From contig JAXFZD010000006.1 of the NCBI GenBank assembly GCA_034185265.1, positions 6,638 to 70,637 of the forward strand: DNA of 64,000 bases, given 5' to 3'. Made by a program: the position numbers and the translations under genes. Source of the DNA: Bacilli bacterium (GTDB lineage: Bacteria > Bacillota_I > Bacilli_A > RFN20 > CAG-826). This document shows, in pieces, positions 9,808 through 19,601 of this stretch. The notes under the pieces are model-generated. The model was given only the letters and a program-made list of their open reading frames with translations. It was not told the DNA's origin and made no database searches. The stretch's first letter is position 1. Every line of letters begins with the position of its first letter.

Positions 9808-11043
9808 TCAAATAGCTCCTATAGGGATTGCATATACGTTCTCATCTATCGCATAAACAACATCTGTGGAACAAACTACGCCTGACATTCCAACTCTATA
9901 TTTAGTTATTTTTTTGATGGTATTAAAAGCGGATATATCTTTTTTTGAGTATGAGATTCCACTTTTACATTCGATAAAATGGAGTATTCCAGCTTCTAAC
10001 ATAACCAAATCAATTTCTTTTTGGTCTATATCACGATAGTAGTAGAAATTGATTTTTTTATTATTATTCTTATAAGATTTTATAATTTCATTAACAATGA
10101 ATGTCTCAACAAATCTGCCTGAAAAAATGCTGCTTTTTAAAACGTCTGCATTATTGAGCCTCGCTAAATAAGCTGCTAATCCGGTATCCAGGAAGTATAA
10201 CTTAGGACGTTTTACCACTCTTTTAAGAGTTGAATTCTCATTATATGGTTCTAATAAATAGACAATGTTACCCGCTACAAGAACGCTTAACCACGACTCA
10301 ATCGTGGGCAAAGATACTCCTATACTTTTTGCTAAGTTGTTTGCGACAAATTCCTCTCCTGTAAGAGAGGCTAAAACTTCCATAAATCTTTGAAATTTAA
10401 GCTTATCATTTAAATTGATAATTTGTGATACATCTCTTTCAATATATGTTTTAACATAATCAGAATAAAATGTTTCAACATCTAATTCATCATTATCATA
10501 TAACTCTGGGTAAAAACCTCTCACAATTTGTTTATATAATTCATTTACATCTATCTTATTTTCCGCACTTCTTGTTTGATTAATTGATGGATCAATAACA
10601 AATGGAATTTCTAGTAGACCCTTTATTTCCCTCAAAGAAAATGGTGACATTTCCACTATTGTTGCTCTTCCAGCTAGTGATTCAGAAACATTTTCCATGA
10701 GACTATATATTTGAGAACCAGTCAAAATATACATCCCCTTATTATCGCCACCCTCAAGCTTAACTTTATTGACAATGGATTCGATAACATCCAACAATTT
10801 TGGTGCATATTGTACTTCATCAATAATTAGAGGGGCTTTATGAAGCGAAAGGAATAATTCAGGATCTTTAATTGCAGTTTCTCTTTCTCTAAGGTTATCT
10901 AAAGATACATAATCATACCCATATTCTTTTTTTATTTCACCACACAAAGTAGACTTTCCAACTTGTCTCGCACCAGTAATAAGAACAACAGGTTTGGTTT
11001 TGATAGCTTTTAATACTGAATCTTTAATAGTTCTAGCAATCAT
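9808..11043 (-). CDS. AAA+ ATP-binding protein (COG1373/DUF4143 family)
   Basis: 411 aa. Walker A LITGARQVGKST. Overall architecture matches the widespread AAA_14 + DUF4143 ATPase family. Confidence 0.8.
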   Translation of the reverse strand: MIARTIKDSVLKAIKTKPVVLITGARQVGKSTLCGEIKKEYGYDYVSLDNLRERETAIKDPELFLSLHKAPLIIDEVQYAPKLLDVIESIVNKVKLEGGDNKGMYILTGSQIYSLMENVSESLAGRATIVEMSPFSLREIKGLLEIPFVIDPSINQTRSAENKIDVNELYKQIVRGFYPELYDNDELDVETFYSDYVKTYIERDVSQIINLNDKLKFQRFMEVLASLTGEEFVANNLAKSIGVSLPTIESWLSVLVAGNIVYLLEPYNENSTLKRVVKRPKLYFLDTGLAAYLARLNNADVLKSSIFSGRFVETFIVNEIIKSYKNNNKKINFYYYRDIDQKEIDLVMLEAGILHFIECKSGISYSKKDISAFNTIKKITKYRVGMSGVVCSTDVVYAIDENVYAIPIGAI

Positions 11044-11272
11044 AAATGAACATCCTTTCGTAATAATTTAACTTGCACTTTAATTTTTACGCACTTATGC
11101 AAAAAAAGCAATACTTATATCTACACAAATAAAAAGGACTGATAACTGTGTATAAATCCTGACGTTTAAGGTTGTAGTAGTTGCGCAAAAAGGTACCAAT
11201 CCAAAGGAAGAATAGCGAAAAGGTACGCGCAATCACTGCTGCCGTGCGTTTTGCCTCTACAAACTGGAATTG

Positions 11273-11581
11273 TCACTCTAAGGCTGACAAACGTTCATTC
11301 AGGAATTGTTCTACACAGTTTTCAAAATCCATTCCCATTCTTTCGGCAAGAACAGCAAGCCACCAGACACATTCGCCTATCTTGGAAGAAAGCTGTTCCT
11401 TATCTTCACTTGGCCAGCGACCCTGATGATCCATTGTGAGCCTTCCGACCAATCCGGCATCAGTCAGGAAAGCTAACGCATCTTCTTCCACTGACCAAAC
11501 TGAACCGTGAATCTGCTTCTCCAATTCGTGATAACGGCTTCTTATTTCTACTGACTGTGCACTTACATCTTTCAAATCCAT
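11273..11581 (-). CDS. MazG-like nucleotide pyrophosphohydrolase domain protein
   Basis: About 102 aa from the internal ATG; the track gives a TTG at 11599. A GGAGGAG RBS sits 7 nt upstream of the ATG. Helical EExxE-type MazG signature: ECVWWLAVLAERMGMD. The segment is conspicuously GC-rich (about 45%) compared with its neighbours. Confidence 0.7.
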   Translation of the reverse strand: MDLKDVSAQSVEIRSRYHELEKQIHGSVWSVEEDALAFLTDAGLVGRLTMDHQGRWPSEDKEQLSSKIGECVWWLAVLAERMGMDFENCVEQFLNERLSALE

Positions 11582-11765
11582 TTCTAAACTCCTCCGCAAA
11601 TCCCGATTTGTCTATCTCTCAACTTTTTTTATACACGAAAAGTGTGAATTTTTCAATTCATTAACGCCAAAGTGGCACAAAGAAAACCGCCAATTATTGC
11701 AATATAATTGCAAAAACAAAGAAAAAACCCTCAATACTTATTGTATCAAGGGTTGTGTACTTAAA

Positions 11766-11839
11766 TGGAGCATCCGGCGAGAATCGAACTCGTATAGCCA
11801 GCTTGGGAAGCTGGAGTTCTACCACTGAACTACGGATGC
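11766..11839 (-). tRNA. tRNA-Gly(CCC)
   Basis: Reverse complement GCATCCGTAGTTCAGTGGTAGAAC..CCAGC TTCCCAA GCTGG..TTCGATT..CGGATGC T CCA. Cloverleaf with 7-bp acceptor stem, anticodon loop TTCCCAA, CCA encoded. Confidence 0.8.
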
Positions 11840-11882
11840 AAAAAAGGCCTTTCGACCTTTTAAATTATGAAGTTATTAGTAG

Positions 11883-12581
11883 TTATTTCTTTCTATTGAT
11901 AACAACTACTTTATGAGAACGCTTAGAAGCAAGATATCTTGCGTATTCAATAGCTTCTTCTTTAGAGTTGAATTCAACTACAGCTTTTTCTGAAGAAGCA
12001 TATCTGACTCTCCACTTTCTTCCTGGATTGCCTTCTTTTTCTTTGCAGATGATTCTGATTTCTTCTTCTTGTTCTGGAGCAGCAGCTTCTTCTACAGGAA
12101 CTTCAGCAGCTTCTTCTGCAGGAACTTCTTCAACTACTTCAGGAACAGCTTCAGCAACTGGTTCTTCAATAACGTCAGCTTTAAGAGCTTCTTCGTTTAA
12201 TCTAGCTTCAAGAGCATTTAATCTACGGAAGAATTTGCTCCAAGCAATAAATGGACCAACGATGATTAAAAAACCAAAAATGCTCCAGTTAAACATAATT
12301 TCAAAATTAACTTTTGGAGAAGCAATTTCTATTTCGTTAGCATATTTATTAACTTTATCTGCAGCTCTACAGTACCAAACAATAGGAACTATTCCTAAAG
12401 TAATCCATCCAATAAGCCAGCAGGCAACAAAGTTCATACTCTTCTTGTCTTCATGTTTGGCAGCCATGAAATTGAGTTCTTGTCCGACATGATAAAGAAC
12501 TACAGCTTCAACGATTCCTAATGTAATAAAATTACATAAAACAAACAGAATGCCATTTCTCTTTAAGTGCTTAAATTTCAT
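11883..12581 (-). CDS. membrane protein with acidic Pro/Glu/Ala/Val-rich linker and C-terminal DUF2188-like domain
   Basis: 232 aa. Two or three N-terminal TM helices, an EEPVAEAVPEVVEE low-complexity stretch, and a C-terminal WRVRY..EAIEYARYLA module. The antisense 174-aa ORF is a mirror artefact. Confidence 0.5.
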   Translation of the reverse strand: MKFKHLKRNGILFVLCNFITLGIVEAVVLYHVGQELNFMAAKHEDKKSMNFVACWLIGWITLGIVPIVWYCRAADKVNKYANEIEIASPKVNFEIMFNWSIFGFLIIVGPFIAWSKFFRRLNALEARLNEEALKADVIEEPVAEAVPEVVEEVPAEEAAEVPVEEAAAPEQEEEIRIICKEKEGNPGRKWRVRYASSEKAVVEFNSKEEAIEYARYLASKRSHKVVVINRKK

Positions 12582-12677
12582 ATTAAAGCCTCCGCTACTT
12601 TTAAAGTTTACTACAATATTTATTATTTATAAATAAAAAAATCCCTCTGGAAACATCCTTAGGGACAATTTACTAAA

Positions 12678-12753
12678 TGGTGGGTGCTACAGGGATCGAA
12701 CCTGTGACCTCCTGTACGTCAAACAGGTGCTCTCCCAGCTGAGCTAAACACCC
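12678..12753 (-). tRNA. tRNA-Val(GAC)
   Basis: Reverse complement GGGTGTTTAGCTCAGCTGGGAGAGCACCTGT TTGACGT ACAGG AGGTC ACAGGTTCGATCCCTGT AGCACCC A CCA. 76 nt. Matches the canonical Firmicute tRNA-Val architecture. Confidence 0.85.
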
Positions 12754-12938
12754 ACTTCGCTGGGACCATCTTTTTGATGGCTCGTATAATATACTCATCT
12801 ATATCTTTAGGTGCAAGAATTTTTTATTTAAAAATCTGTTAATTTCATCTATATACTTGCATTTATAGGTAAGTATTTCATTAAAAACTCCGCAAAAGCC
12901 ATTTAAAAGAAGTAAATTTGCATTACTAGAGATACTTT

Positions 12939-13277
12939 CTATTTACAAAGTTCAATCTCAATTCCCACTACTCCATACTTAGCTATTTTTTCTTTTGTAT
13001 AGTAGATAAGCATGTCATCAGGATTTGCCTTTTCATCTTCTTTATATCCTATAGTTGTCTTATCATGATGAGAATAAAGTTCTTTAAAAGTATTATATCT
13101 ATATAAGTTCTTTACTAAACAAGTTAAAGTTTCTTTGGTGGTTAAATTAGTAAATTCAATCGTATCACCTATATTAATTAACTTCCTTCTTTCATCATAT
13201 AAGCGCATCTCAATAGTTTTATATCCACTTTTAATTGCTTTAAATGGCGAGTCGCATAAATTCATTTGGTGAAACAT
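12939..13277 (-). CDS. ASCH (PUA-like) domain protein
   Basis: 112 aa. KAIKSGYKTIEMRLYDERR and GDTIEF pattern typical of the ASCH fold. Confidence 0.5.
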   Translation of the reverse strand: MFHQMNLCDSPFKAIKSGYKTIEMRLYDERRKLINIGDTIEFTNLTTKETLTCLVKNLYRYNTFKELYSHHDKTTIGYKEDEKANPDDMLIYYTKEKIAKYGVVGIEIELCK

Positions 13278-13419
13278 ACGAATTCCTTTCTAAAAAATTC
13301 CCCTGGTTTATTTCTATATTTATAAAGCATTGATGAATAATCTTTATCATATAAATTCCGCGACTCTATTATTCAATCACTTACTAATAGTCTTTTTTCC
13401 GGAAGCCTATTCTTTTCAG

Positions 13420-13495
13420 ATGGTGCTGGCTAGAGGAATCGAACCTCCAACCTATGGTTTACGATACCATTGCTCTGCCAGTTGAGCTAAGCCAG
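13420..13495 (-). tRNA. tRNA-Thr(CGU)
   Basis: Reverse complement GCTGGCTTAGCTCAACTGGCAGAGCA ATGGT ATCGTAA ACCAT AGGTT GGAGGTTCGATTCCTCT AGCCAGC A CCA. 76 nt. Confidence 0.85.
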
Positions 13496-13541
13496 CAACA
13501 AAAGAATATTAAACTCTTTAAATAGATAATTAAAGATAGAT

Positions 13542-16337
13542 TTATTTATTTTTGCTTGTCTTTCTTTTAATCCACATAAAGAAGACAGAGATTTCATGAA
13601 CTAATAAAGGAGTTAAAGCAAGGATAAATACCCATAGATAATCTATAGGAGTCTTACTTAATGGATAAACTTTAAATATGGTATTCACCCCTGGAGTCTC
13701 TATTACAAAGAATTGAAGTCCCATACCTAAAATAAAGGAGATCCAAAGTAATTTATTCTTATTTTTAAATACATGTATAAAGGATTTCTTAACATTAACC
13801 ATTCCTAACATATGGAATAATTCAGCAAAAGAAAGTACGCAGAACGCCATAGACTGGCATATTTCTCTTCTTTCTAAGCTAGTTAGTCCATTTATTATTA
13901 AATCGCTATTAAAATAAGTAAATATGTTACCTAAAGTAAGAGAAAGGTTATTCGCTAAACACCACTGAATTGGATTAATTAAGAAAGCAACTAAAGTAAC
14001 TAAACCAATTAATATGCCATAGCCAAAAGTAATTGCATATCCGCCATGAGCAAATAAACTCTCTTTGCTATCTCTAGGTTTTTCGTTCATTATGTCTTCA
14101 GGCTTTTTATCTACTCCTAAAGCAACTGCAGGAAGAGAATCTGTAATTAAATTAACCCAAAGAAGATGAATAGCAATTAATGGAGAAGGTACTCCAATTA
14201 GCGCTGCAAAGAACATTGCTACTACTTCTCCAATATTAGAAGAAAGTAAGAATAAAATAGTTTTCTTAATATTGGCGTAGATTCCTCTACCTTCTTCAAC
14301 AGCCTTTTCTATAGAAGCAAAGTTATCGTCAGTTAGGATCATGTCTGCAGCACCTTTAGCTACATCGGTTCCCGTAATTCCCATTGCTATTCCTATATCT
14401 GCATTTTTAAGTGATGGAGCATCATTAACGCCATCTCCAGTCATAGCAACTACATATCCATTAGCTTTAATAGCTTTAACTATAGAAACTTTATTTGTCG
14501 GTGAAACTCTAGCGAAAACTCTTATTGTATTAACTTTTTCTTGAAGTTCTTCTTCGCTAAGAGCATCTATTTCCGCTCCTGTCATACACTGAGATATGTC
14601 ATTAGCTATATCAAGTTCTTTAGCAATAGCAAAAGCTGTATCTTTATGATCTCCAGTAATCATAATTGTTGTAATTCCAGCTTTCTTTAAGATAGCTACA
14701 GCAGGTTTAGCAGCTTCTCTAGGAGGATCTACCATACCTACTAAGCCAACAAAGATTAAATTTTCTTCTTCTATCTTATCTTGATAAGAGATAGCTAAAG
14801 CAAGAACTCTAAGAGCTTTCTCACTCATCTTAGAAGCTGCTTCTAAGATATTTTCTTTATCTTTTTCAGTAAGCTTTTTTATTTCTCCATTAAGCAAAAT
14901 AGAGGGGGCGTGCATCAATATTTGATCAACTGCACCTTTTGTATAGACAATTTTCTTATCCTTTTCTTGATGCATAGTTGACATCATTTTTCTTACTGAA
15001 TCAAAAGGAATTTCATCTATTCTAGGAGTGGCTTCTTCTAAATCTTTTTTATGAAGATTAAGAACATTAGCAAATTCAACTAAAGCTACTTCAGTAGGAT
15101 CTCCATATACTCCGCCATCAACATTAGCATCCGAGCATAAACTCATTCCTTTAGCAAGAAGCTCTATATCTTTATTATCTTTAAATTCTTCTTTTAAGAA
15201 GCTTTTTTCATTTGCATAAGCTTCTACAACGGTCATCTTGTTTTGAGTTAGCGTACCTGTTTTATCTGAACAAATATAGCTAACTGCCCCTAAAGTTTCT
15301 ACGCTGGCAAGTCTTCTAACTATCGTATTAACTTTAATCATCTTAGTCATGCCTAGAGCTAAAACTATAGTAACTACTGCGGTTAATCCTTCTGGAATAG
15401 CCGCTACTGCTAAAGCTACTGAATCTAGTAGTGCTGTGCTCCACTGCGTAGCTAAAGTCAATGTACAAGCTGCCCAAGTTATCTTAACTAGAAGCATTAA
15501 AACAACAATTATTACGGTTAATCCGCCAAGGAACTTAGAAAGTTGAGCTAATTTCTTTTGTAAAGGAGTATCTTCTACTTCATCTCCTTCAAGCATAGAA
15601 GCAATCTTTCCTATTTCTGTATCCATTCCTGTAGAAACTACAATTCCTTCTCCTCTTCCATAAACTAGCGGAGTAGACATATATACGCAATTTATTCTAT
15701 CTCCAATTCCTACTTCAGAAGAAAAGACCATTTCTGCATCTTTTTCTACAGGTAAAGATTCTCCAGTAAGAGAAGATTCATCAGTTTTTAAAGCAAAAGA
15801 TTTTATAAGTCTTAGATCTGCAGGGACTGTTCTTCCTTCTTCTAGAATTACAATATCTCCAGGAACAAGTTCTTCACTTTTAATAGTGACAAGTTGCCCA
15901 TTTCTTCTTACTGTAGCTGTAGGAGAAGCTAGATTTTTTAGCGCTTCAAGAGCTTTTTCAGCTTTCATTTCCTGAACTGTACCTATAACTGCATTAAGAA
16001 TAACGACACCAAAAATAATAAAGACATCCGCTAGTCCTTCAGGTCCTTCATAAGCTGGATTAGGTTTAACTACGCCATTTACAATTATAGTTTGAGGTTG
16101 ATTCATCGCTATAATTGCTAAAACTAAAGAAATTAAAGCAGCAATAGCTAAAATAAGTGTCATAGGGTCTTTTATATTTCCCCAGAAAATTTGATACCAC
16201 TTGTCTTTTTCTTTTTCTTTTAGCTTATTTAAGCCGTATTTCTCTCTTCTTTTTAAAACTTCTTCTTCGCTTAATCCGCGTTCTATAGAGGTATTTAGAG
16301 AGCTCTCGACTTCCTTAATAGACTTATTTTCAAACAT
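13542..16337 (-). CDS. P-type ATPase, Ca2+-transporting (P2A/P2B type)
   Basis: 931 aa. Cation_ATPase_N start GLSEEEVLKRREKYGLNKL. Phosphorylation motif CSDKTGTLT, hinge MTGDGVNDAPSLK, and about 10 TM helices. Confidence 0.9.
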   Translation of the reverse strand: MFENKSIKEVESSLNTSIERGLSEEEVLKRREKYGLNKLKEKEKDKWYQIFWGNIKDPMTLILAIAALISLVLAIIAMNQPQTIIVNGVVKPNPAYEGPEGLADVFIIFGVVILNAVIGTVQEMKAEKALEALKNLASPTATVRRNGQLVTIKSEELVPGDIVILEEGRTVPADLRLIKSFALKTDESSLTGESLPVEKDAEMVFSSEVGIGDRINCVYMSTPLVYGRGEGIVVSTGMDTEIGKIASMLEGDEVEDTPLQKKLAQLSKFLGGLTVIIVVLMLLVKITWAACTLTLATQWSTALLDSVALAVAAIPEGLTAVVTIVLALGMTKMIKVNTIVRRLASVETLGAVSYICSDKTGTLTQNKMTVVEAYANEKSFLKEEFKDNKDIELLAKGMSLCSDANVDGGVYGDPTEVALVEFANVLNLHKKDLEEATPRIDEIPFDSVRKMMSTMHQEKDKKIVYTKGAVDQILMHAPSILLNGEIKKLTEKDKENILEAASKMSEKALRVLALAISYQDKIEEENLIFVGLVGMVDPPREAAKPAVAILKKAGITTIMITGDHKDTAFAIAKELDIANDISQCMTGAEIDALSEEELQEKVNTIRVFARVSPTNKVSIVKAIKANGYVVAMTGDGVNDAPSLKNADIGIAMGITGTDVAKGAADMILTDDNFASIEKAVEEGRGIYANIKKTILFLLSSNIGEVVAMFFAALIGVPSPLIAIHLLWVNLITDSLPAVALGVDKKPEDIMNEKPRDSKESLFAHGGYAITFGYGILIGLVTLVAFLINPIQWCLANNLSLTLGNIFTYFNSDLIINGLTSLERREICQSMAFCVLSFAELFHMLGMVNVKKSFIHVFKNKNKLLWISFILGMGLQFFVIETPGVNTIFKVYPLSKTPIDYLWVFILALTPLLVHEISVFFMWIKRKTSKNK

Positions 16338-16346
16338 ATGTGTCTC

Positions 16347-19300
16347 CTATTTTTTAATATCGCTTCTTATATAAGAAACATTATTTGACTTAACTAAACC
16401 TAAAGTTGTATCAACAAAAGGCATTAAAATCTTTGCGTTATTTGATGGAAGAGAAATTAATAATTGGATGTTCAAATCATTAAAATATTCCATAGTTGCT
16501 TTAATATGAGAAGCGTCCATCTTATTAAATGCTTCATCCATTATTACTAAGATAGAACTAGATTTATTTTTATAAGCTGGAGAGACAATTTGATCAAAGC
16601 TAGCAGCAATAATGACGTAGAATGGAGTTTGAGTTTCTCCTCCTGACTTTCCTTTTCCTATCTTAGAATAGAAGGATTTATTGCCGTGCTTATCAGTAAT
16701 CATGATGTCATAATTCATAAAATTACGATAATCAGTGAATTTAGAGACTACTGCAGCTTGTTTTTCATCATCTGCATCGCTAGTAAGAGATTCAAAAAGT
16801 TCTTTCATTAAAGATAGATTCTTATCTGAAAGTTGGTTGATAAATAAATCTCTAGCATCGAAATCTTCTGAAGAATCAAAAATGTCATAGAATTTCCCAA
16901 ATGCTGGGTCTAAAGATTTATTAATAACAAATTGATAGATTTCTCCTTCACTACCAAATGGTTTAGATTCAAGAATTTTATTGAGTTTCTTAATATTTTC
17001 TCTTTCATCTTTAATATGCTGTCTAATTTGAGCGATGTAGTTTTCTTTAAAGGCGATTGTGCATTCTTTCATCGCTCTATCAAGCTCTTCTTGATATTTA
17101 GAAAGCTCTCTTTTTACGACAAGATTATATTCTTCTCTAAAGTCTTTAATGTTTTCTATAGATGGAATAGAGTCGAAGTTAAATTCCTTAATGTAATTAT
17201 TCATTAGGATATTAAGATGGTTAACTTCTTTACTTACTTCATCTTTAAGTGAGACTAATCTTTCGGCTATTTTTCCTTTACTTAAATGGGTATTTGCGAC
17301 ATATTCATCAAATTTAATGGAGATTTGCGGAGATTTTATAGAATTCTCATATAAATCTTTTAATCTATCTCTTTCTTCAATTAATGAAGAAATAACTTCT
17401 CTAAATTGTTCATTTTCTTTTTCTAGAGCACCTATTTTAATTAGCTTCTCATTAGAAGTTTTCTTCTTATCAAGAAGTTCTTCTTTAAAGGAAGAGGTGT
17501 CGTTAAGAAGAGAGCCATTTTCAATTCTAAGTTTCTCTAAAGCTTTCTTAACTCTACTTTCTTCTTTTATACATTCATCGAAAACTCCCCAGTAATTAGG
17601 AGCATCAACTAAAGAATTAAGTTTTGAATAACGTAATTTCTCATGTCTAGCAGAAACTATAGATATATCTTTAGTTAAGGAAGAAGCTCTTTCTTCTATA
17701 GAAGAGAGTTCTTCATCTTTTTGACTCTTTTGAATTAATCTAGCATTTTGTCCTATATATGGAGTTTTATATACATCAAATTTAGTCTGTCTAATTGTTT
17801 TATTTTTATAAACTAAACATGTTGGATTAATTGATGATTCATAGTTCTTTAGTTCGTATTCATTTTCTACGCAGATAATATCTCCAAGTAGATAATTAAC
17901 GTAGAGAAGAGCTCTAGAATCGTTAGTTACGACTTTACTAGCTAGCGAATTTTCCGCGATTTCTCTTTCTCTAATTGCATTAAAGTTGACTAGCCCTACT
18001 CCTTCAATAGATAAATCATGTTTAAATCTTTCATATAGAGAAACGGCATCATCAAAATATTTAGAAGGTACGAATAAATCGAATCTTCTTGTATTTAGAT
18101 AACCTTCAAGAGCATCTCTCCATCTTTCCTCTCCTTCTTTAATTTCAATTAATTCACAGAAAGGAATTGCTTCAACATCTTCTCCATATTTATTCTCTAT
18201 TCCTTGATGAATGACATCTCTAAGAGTTTTAACTGATCTAGGGTAAACTGGGAGCCCTTGATCTAAAGAAGATATTTCAGACATGAGTTCAGTTTCTTTT
18301 TCAACTAAAAGAGCTTTCTCGCTTCTTAAAGATTGAAGTTTTAAATATTCTTCATCTTTTTGCTTATCTATAAGAAGTGAGACTCTTTTAACTTCTTTTT
18401 TAAATAAATCGTAATTAGATTTAATTACTGCATCTCTAAGTCTATTTTCTATTTCAAATTCTGAAGCTAAAGAAGCTTCTTGGATAGATAAAGCATTTAT
18501 TGAATTAACATCTTCATTTGCTTTAGAGAGTCTAGATTGGACATCAATTAAGACTTTTTCTTGATCTGCAATTGCTCTATACCACTCTGCTCCTTCAACT
18601 TGGATAATGCGTTTTTGAAGATCTTCTATATCTTTTTCTAGTTGAACTAGAGCTTCTTTTTCACCAACTATTGTATTTAAGTTATATTTAATTTTTTCTT
18701 CTTTAGAATTAATTTCTTCTACGCTCAGAGTATAGCTATAGTAATAAGAATATGCGTTAAGAAGTTCATATTCGCCTTTTAAATCTTCATATTTTGAGAT
18801 TGAATCAAGAATATCTTTTAAAGCGATTTGTTTCTTTTGATCTAGTTCAACACTTCCTTTAATTGCTAAATAAGAACGGATTGTAGTTCTAACTGAATCT
18901 ACAGAGACATTTTCTTGAGGTAAAAGGAAATTAAATACAAAGTTATTTACATCTGAAATAGGTTTAAAAGCTAAAGCTTTAGCTAGTAATTCATGGTATT
19001 TTTTAGATTGAATACCTAGAATTTGAGCGATAGCTGTTCTAATTTGAGACCTATTTCCTATAATTGGTTTAAAGTTAATTTCTCCAAATAGTTCTTTAGC
19101 TTTTACTGTAAATAAAGAGAAATTAACTATAGAAGGAACTCCGCTAGAAGAATCTAGGAAAAGCTCTTCTTTAATTAAACCATTATTAATAAAGTAGAAA
19201 GATTGTTCAATTCTAGGAGAGTTATCTCTAATTTCAAATACTGCTCCTATGATAAATGAAGAAGAATCTTCATCATCATAATATTCTAATGCTACATGAG

Positions 19301-19601
19301 AAATAACATTTTCTCCCATTCTAAGAGCGCTTTGTCCTTCTATACCTATTTCTCCTCTTATGTAGGTAAGAAGACTTCTTGTAGTTTCATCAGAGGCAGC
19401 AAGATTAAATTTAGTGTTATTTCCACCATTTAATACATAGTTAATAGCATCTAAAAAGGAGGTTTTTCCTGAACCATTTTCTCCAGTAAGAAGAATATTG
19501 CCTTTGACTTCTATTGTATTATTCCAAAAAGTCTGCCAGTTAATTAGCTTAATTCTCTTTAGATTCTTCATCGTCATTTGCCTCCTCTTCTTCTCTTTCA
19601 T
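16347..19601 (-). CDS. MukB/MksB-like SMC ATPase (JetC-like)
   Basis: 1084 aa. N-terminal MukB-type head IKLINWQTF..LLTGENGSGKTS. Long coiled-coil middle. C-terminal signature KSGGETQ and Walker B ILVIMDEAF. Likely true start MKNLKRIKLI, about 30 nt inside the track call. Third gene of a kleisin - winged-helix - SMC operon. Confidence 0.65.
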   Translation of the reverse strand: MKEKKRRQMTMKNLKRIKLINWQTFWNNTIEVKGNILLTGENGSGKTSFLDAINYVLNGGNNTKFNLAASDETTRSLLTYIRGEIGIEGQSALRMGENVISHVALEYYDDEDSSSFIIGAVFEIRDNSPRIEQSFYFINNGLIKEELFLDSSSGVPSIVNFSLFTVKAKELFGEINFKPIIGNRSQIRTAIAQILGIQSKKYHELLAKALAFKPISDVNNFVFNFLLPQENVSVDSVRTTIRSYLAIKGSVELDQKKQIALKDILDSISKYEDLKGEYELLNAYSYYYSYTLSVEEINSKEEKIKYNLNTIVGEKEALVQLEKDIEDLQKRIIQVEGAEWYRAIADQEKVLIDVQSRLSKANEDVNSINALSIQEASLASEFEIENRLRDAVIKSNYDLFKKEVKRVSLLIDKQKDEEYLKLQSLRSEKALLVEKETELMSEISSLDQGLPVYPRSVKTLRDVIHQGIENKYGEDVEAIPFCELIEIKEGEERWRDALEGYLNTRRFDLFVPSKYFDDAVSLYERFKHDLSIEGVGLVNFNAIREREIAENSLASKVVTNDSRALLYVNYLLGDIICVENEYELKNYESSINPTCLVYKNKTIRQTKFDVYKTPYIGQNARLIQKSQKDEELSSIEERASSLTKDISIVSARHEKLRYSKLNSLVDAPNYWGVFDECIKEESRVKKALEKLRIENGSLLNDTSSFKEELLDKKKTSNEKLIKIGALEKENEQFREVISSLIEERDRLKDLYENSIKSPQISIKFDEYVANTHLSKGKIAERLVSLKDEVSKEVNHLNILMNNYIKEFNFDSIPSIENIKDFREEYNLVVKRELSKYQEELDRAMKECTIAFKENYIAQIRQHIKDERENIKKLNKILESKPFGSEGEIYQFVINKSLDPAFGKFYDIFDSSEDFDARDLFINQLSDKNLSLMKELFESLTSDADDEKQAAVVSKFTDYRNFMNYDIMITDKHGNKSFYSKIGKGKSGGETQTPFYVIIAASFDQIVSPAYKNKSSSILVIMDEAFNKMDASHIKATMEYFNDLNIQLLISLPSNNAKILMPFVDTTLGLVKSNNVSYIRSDIKK

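Noticed and set aside
11181-11439. Plus-strand ORFs 11181..11426 and 11251..11439
   Set aside because: They are antisense to and fully overlapping the better-supported MazG-like gene, which has an RBS and MazG motifs. They arise from the GC-rich composition of that segment.
11577-11605. Near-copy of the recurrent motif (CTCCTCCGCAAATC) at the MazG-like gene start
   Set aside because: On the coding strand this is simply the GGAGGAG Shine-Dalgarno plus spacer of that gene. It was treated as coincidental overlap rather than an additional motif copy.
11968-12492. Plus-strand 174-aa Ser/Thr/Ala-rich ORF
   Set aside because: It is a mirror image of the minus-strand gene's E/P/A/V-rich linker. The minus-strand product has TM helices and a recognisable DUF2188-like C-terminus, while the plus-strand one has neither signal sequence nor RBS.
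13542-16337. Could the gene directly after mksB (9-nt gap) be the missing JetD/MksG nuclease?
   Set aside because: It is a canonical P-type ATPase (cation_ATPase_N start, DKTGTLT phosphorylation site, GDGVNDAP hinge, 10 TM helices). No Toprim or DUF2220-type motifs are present.
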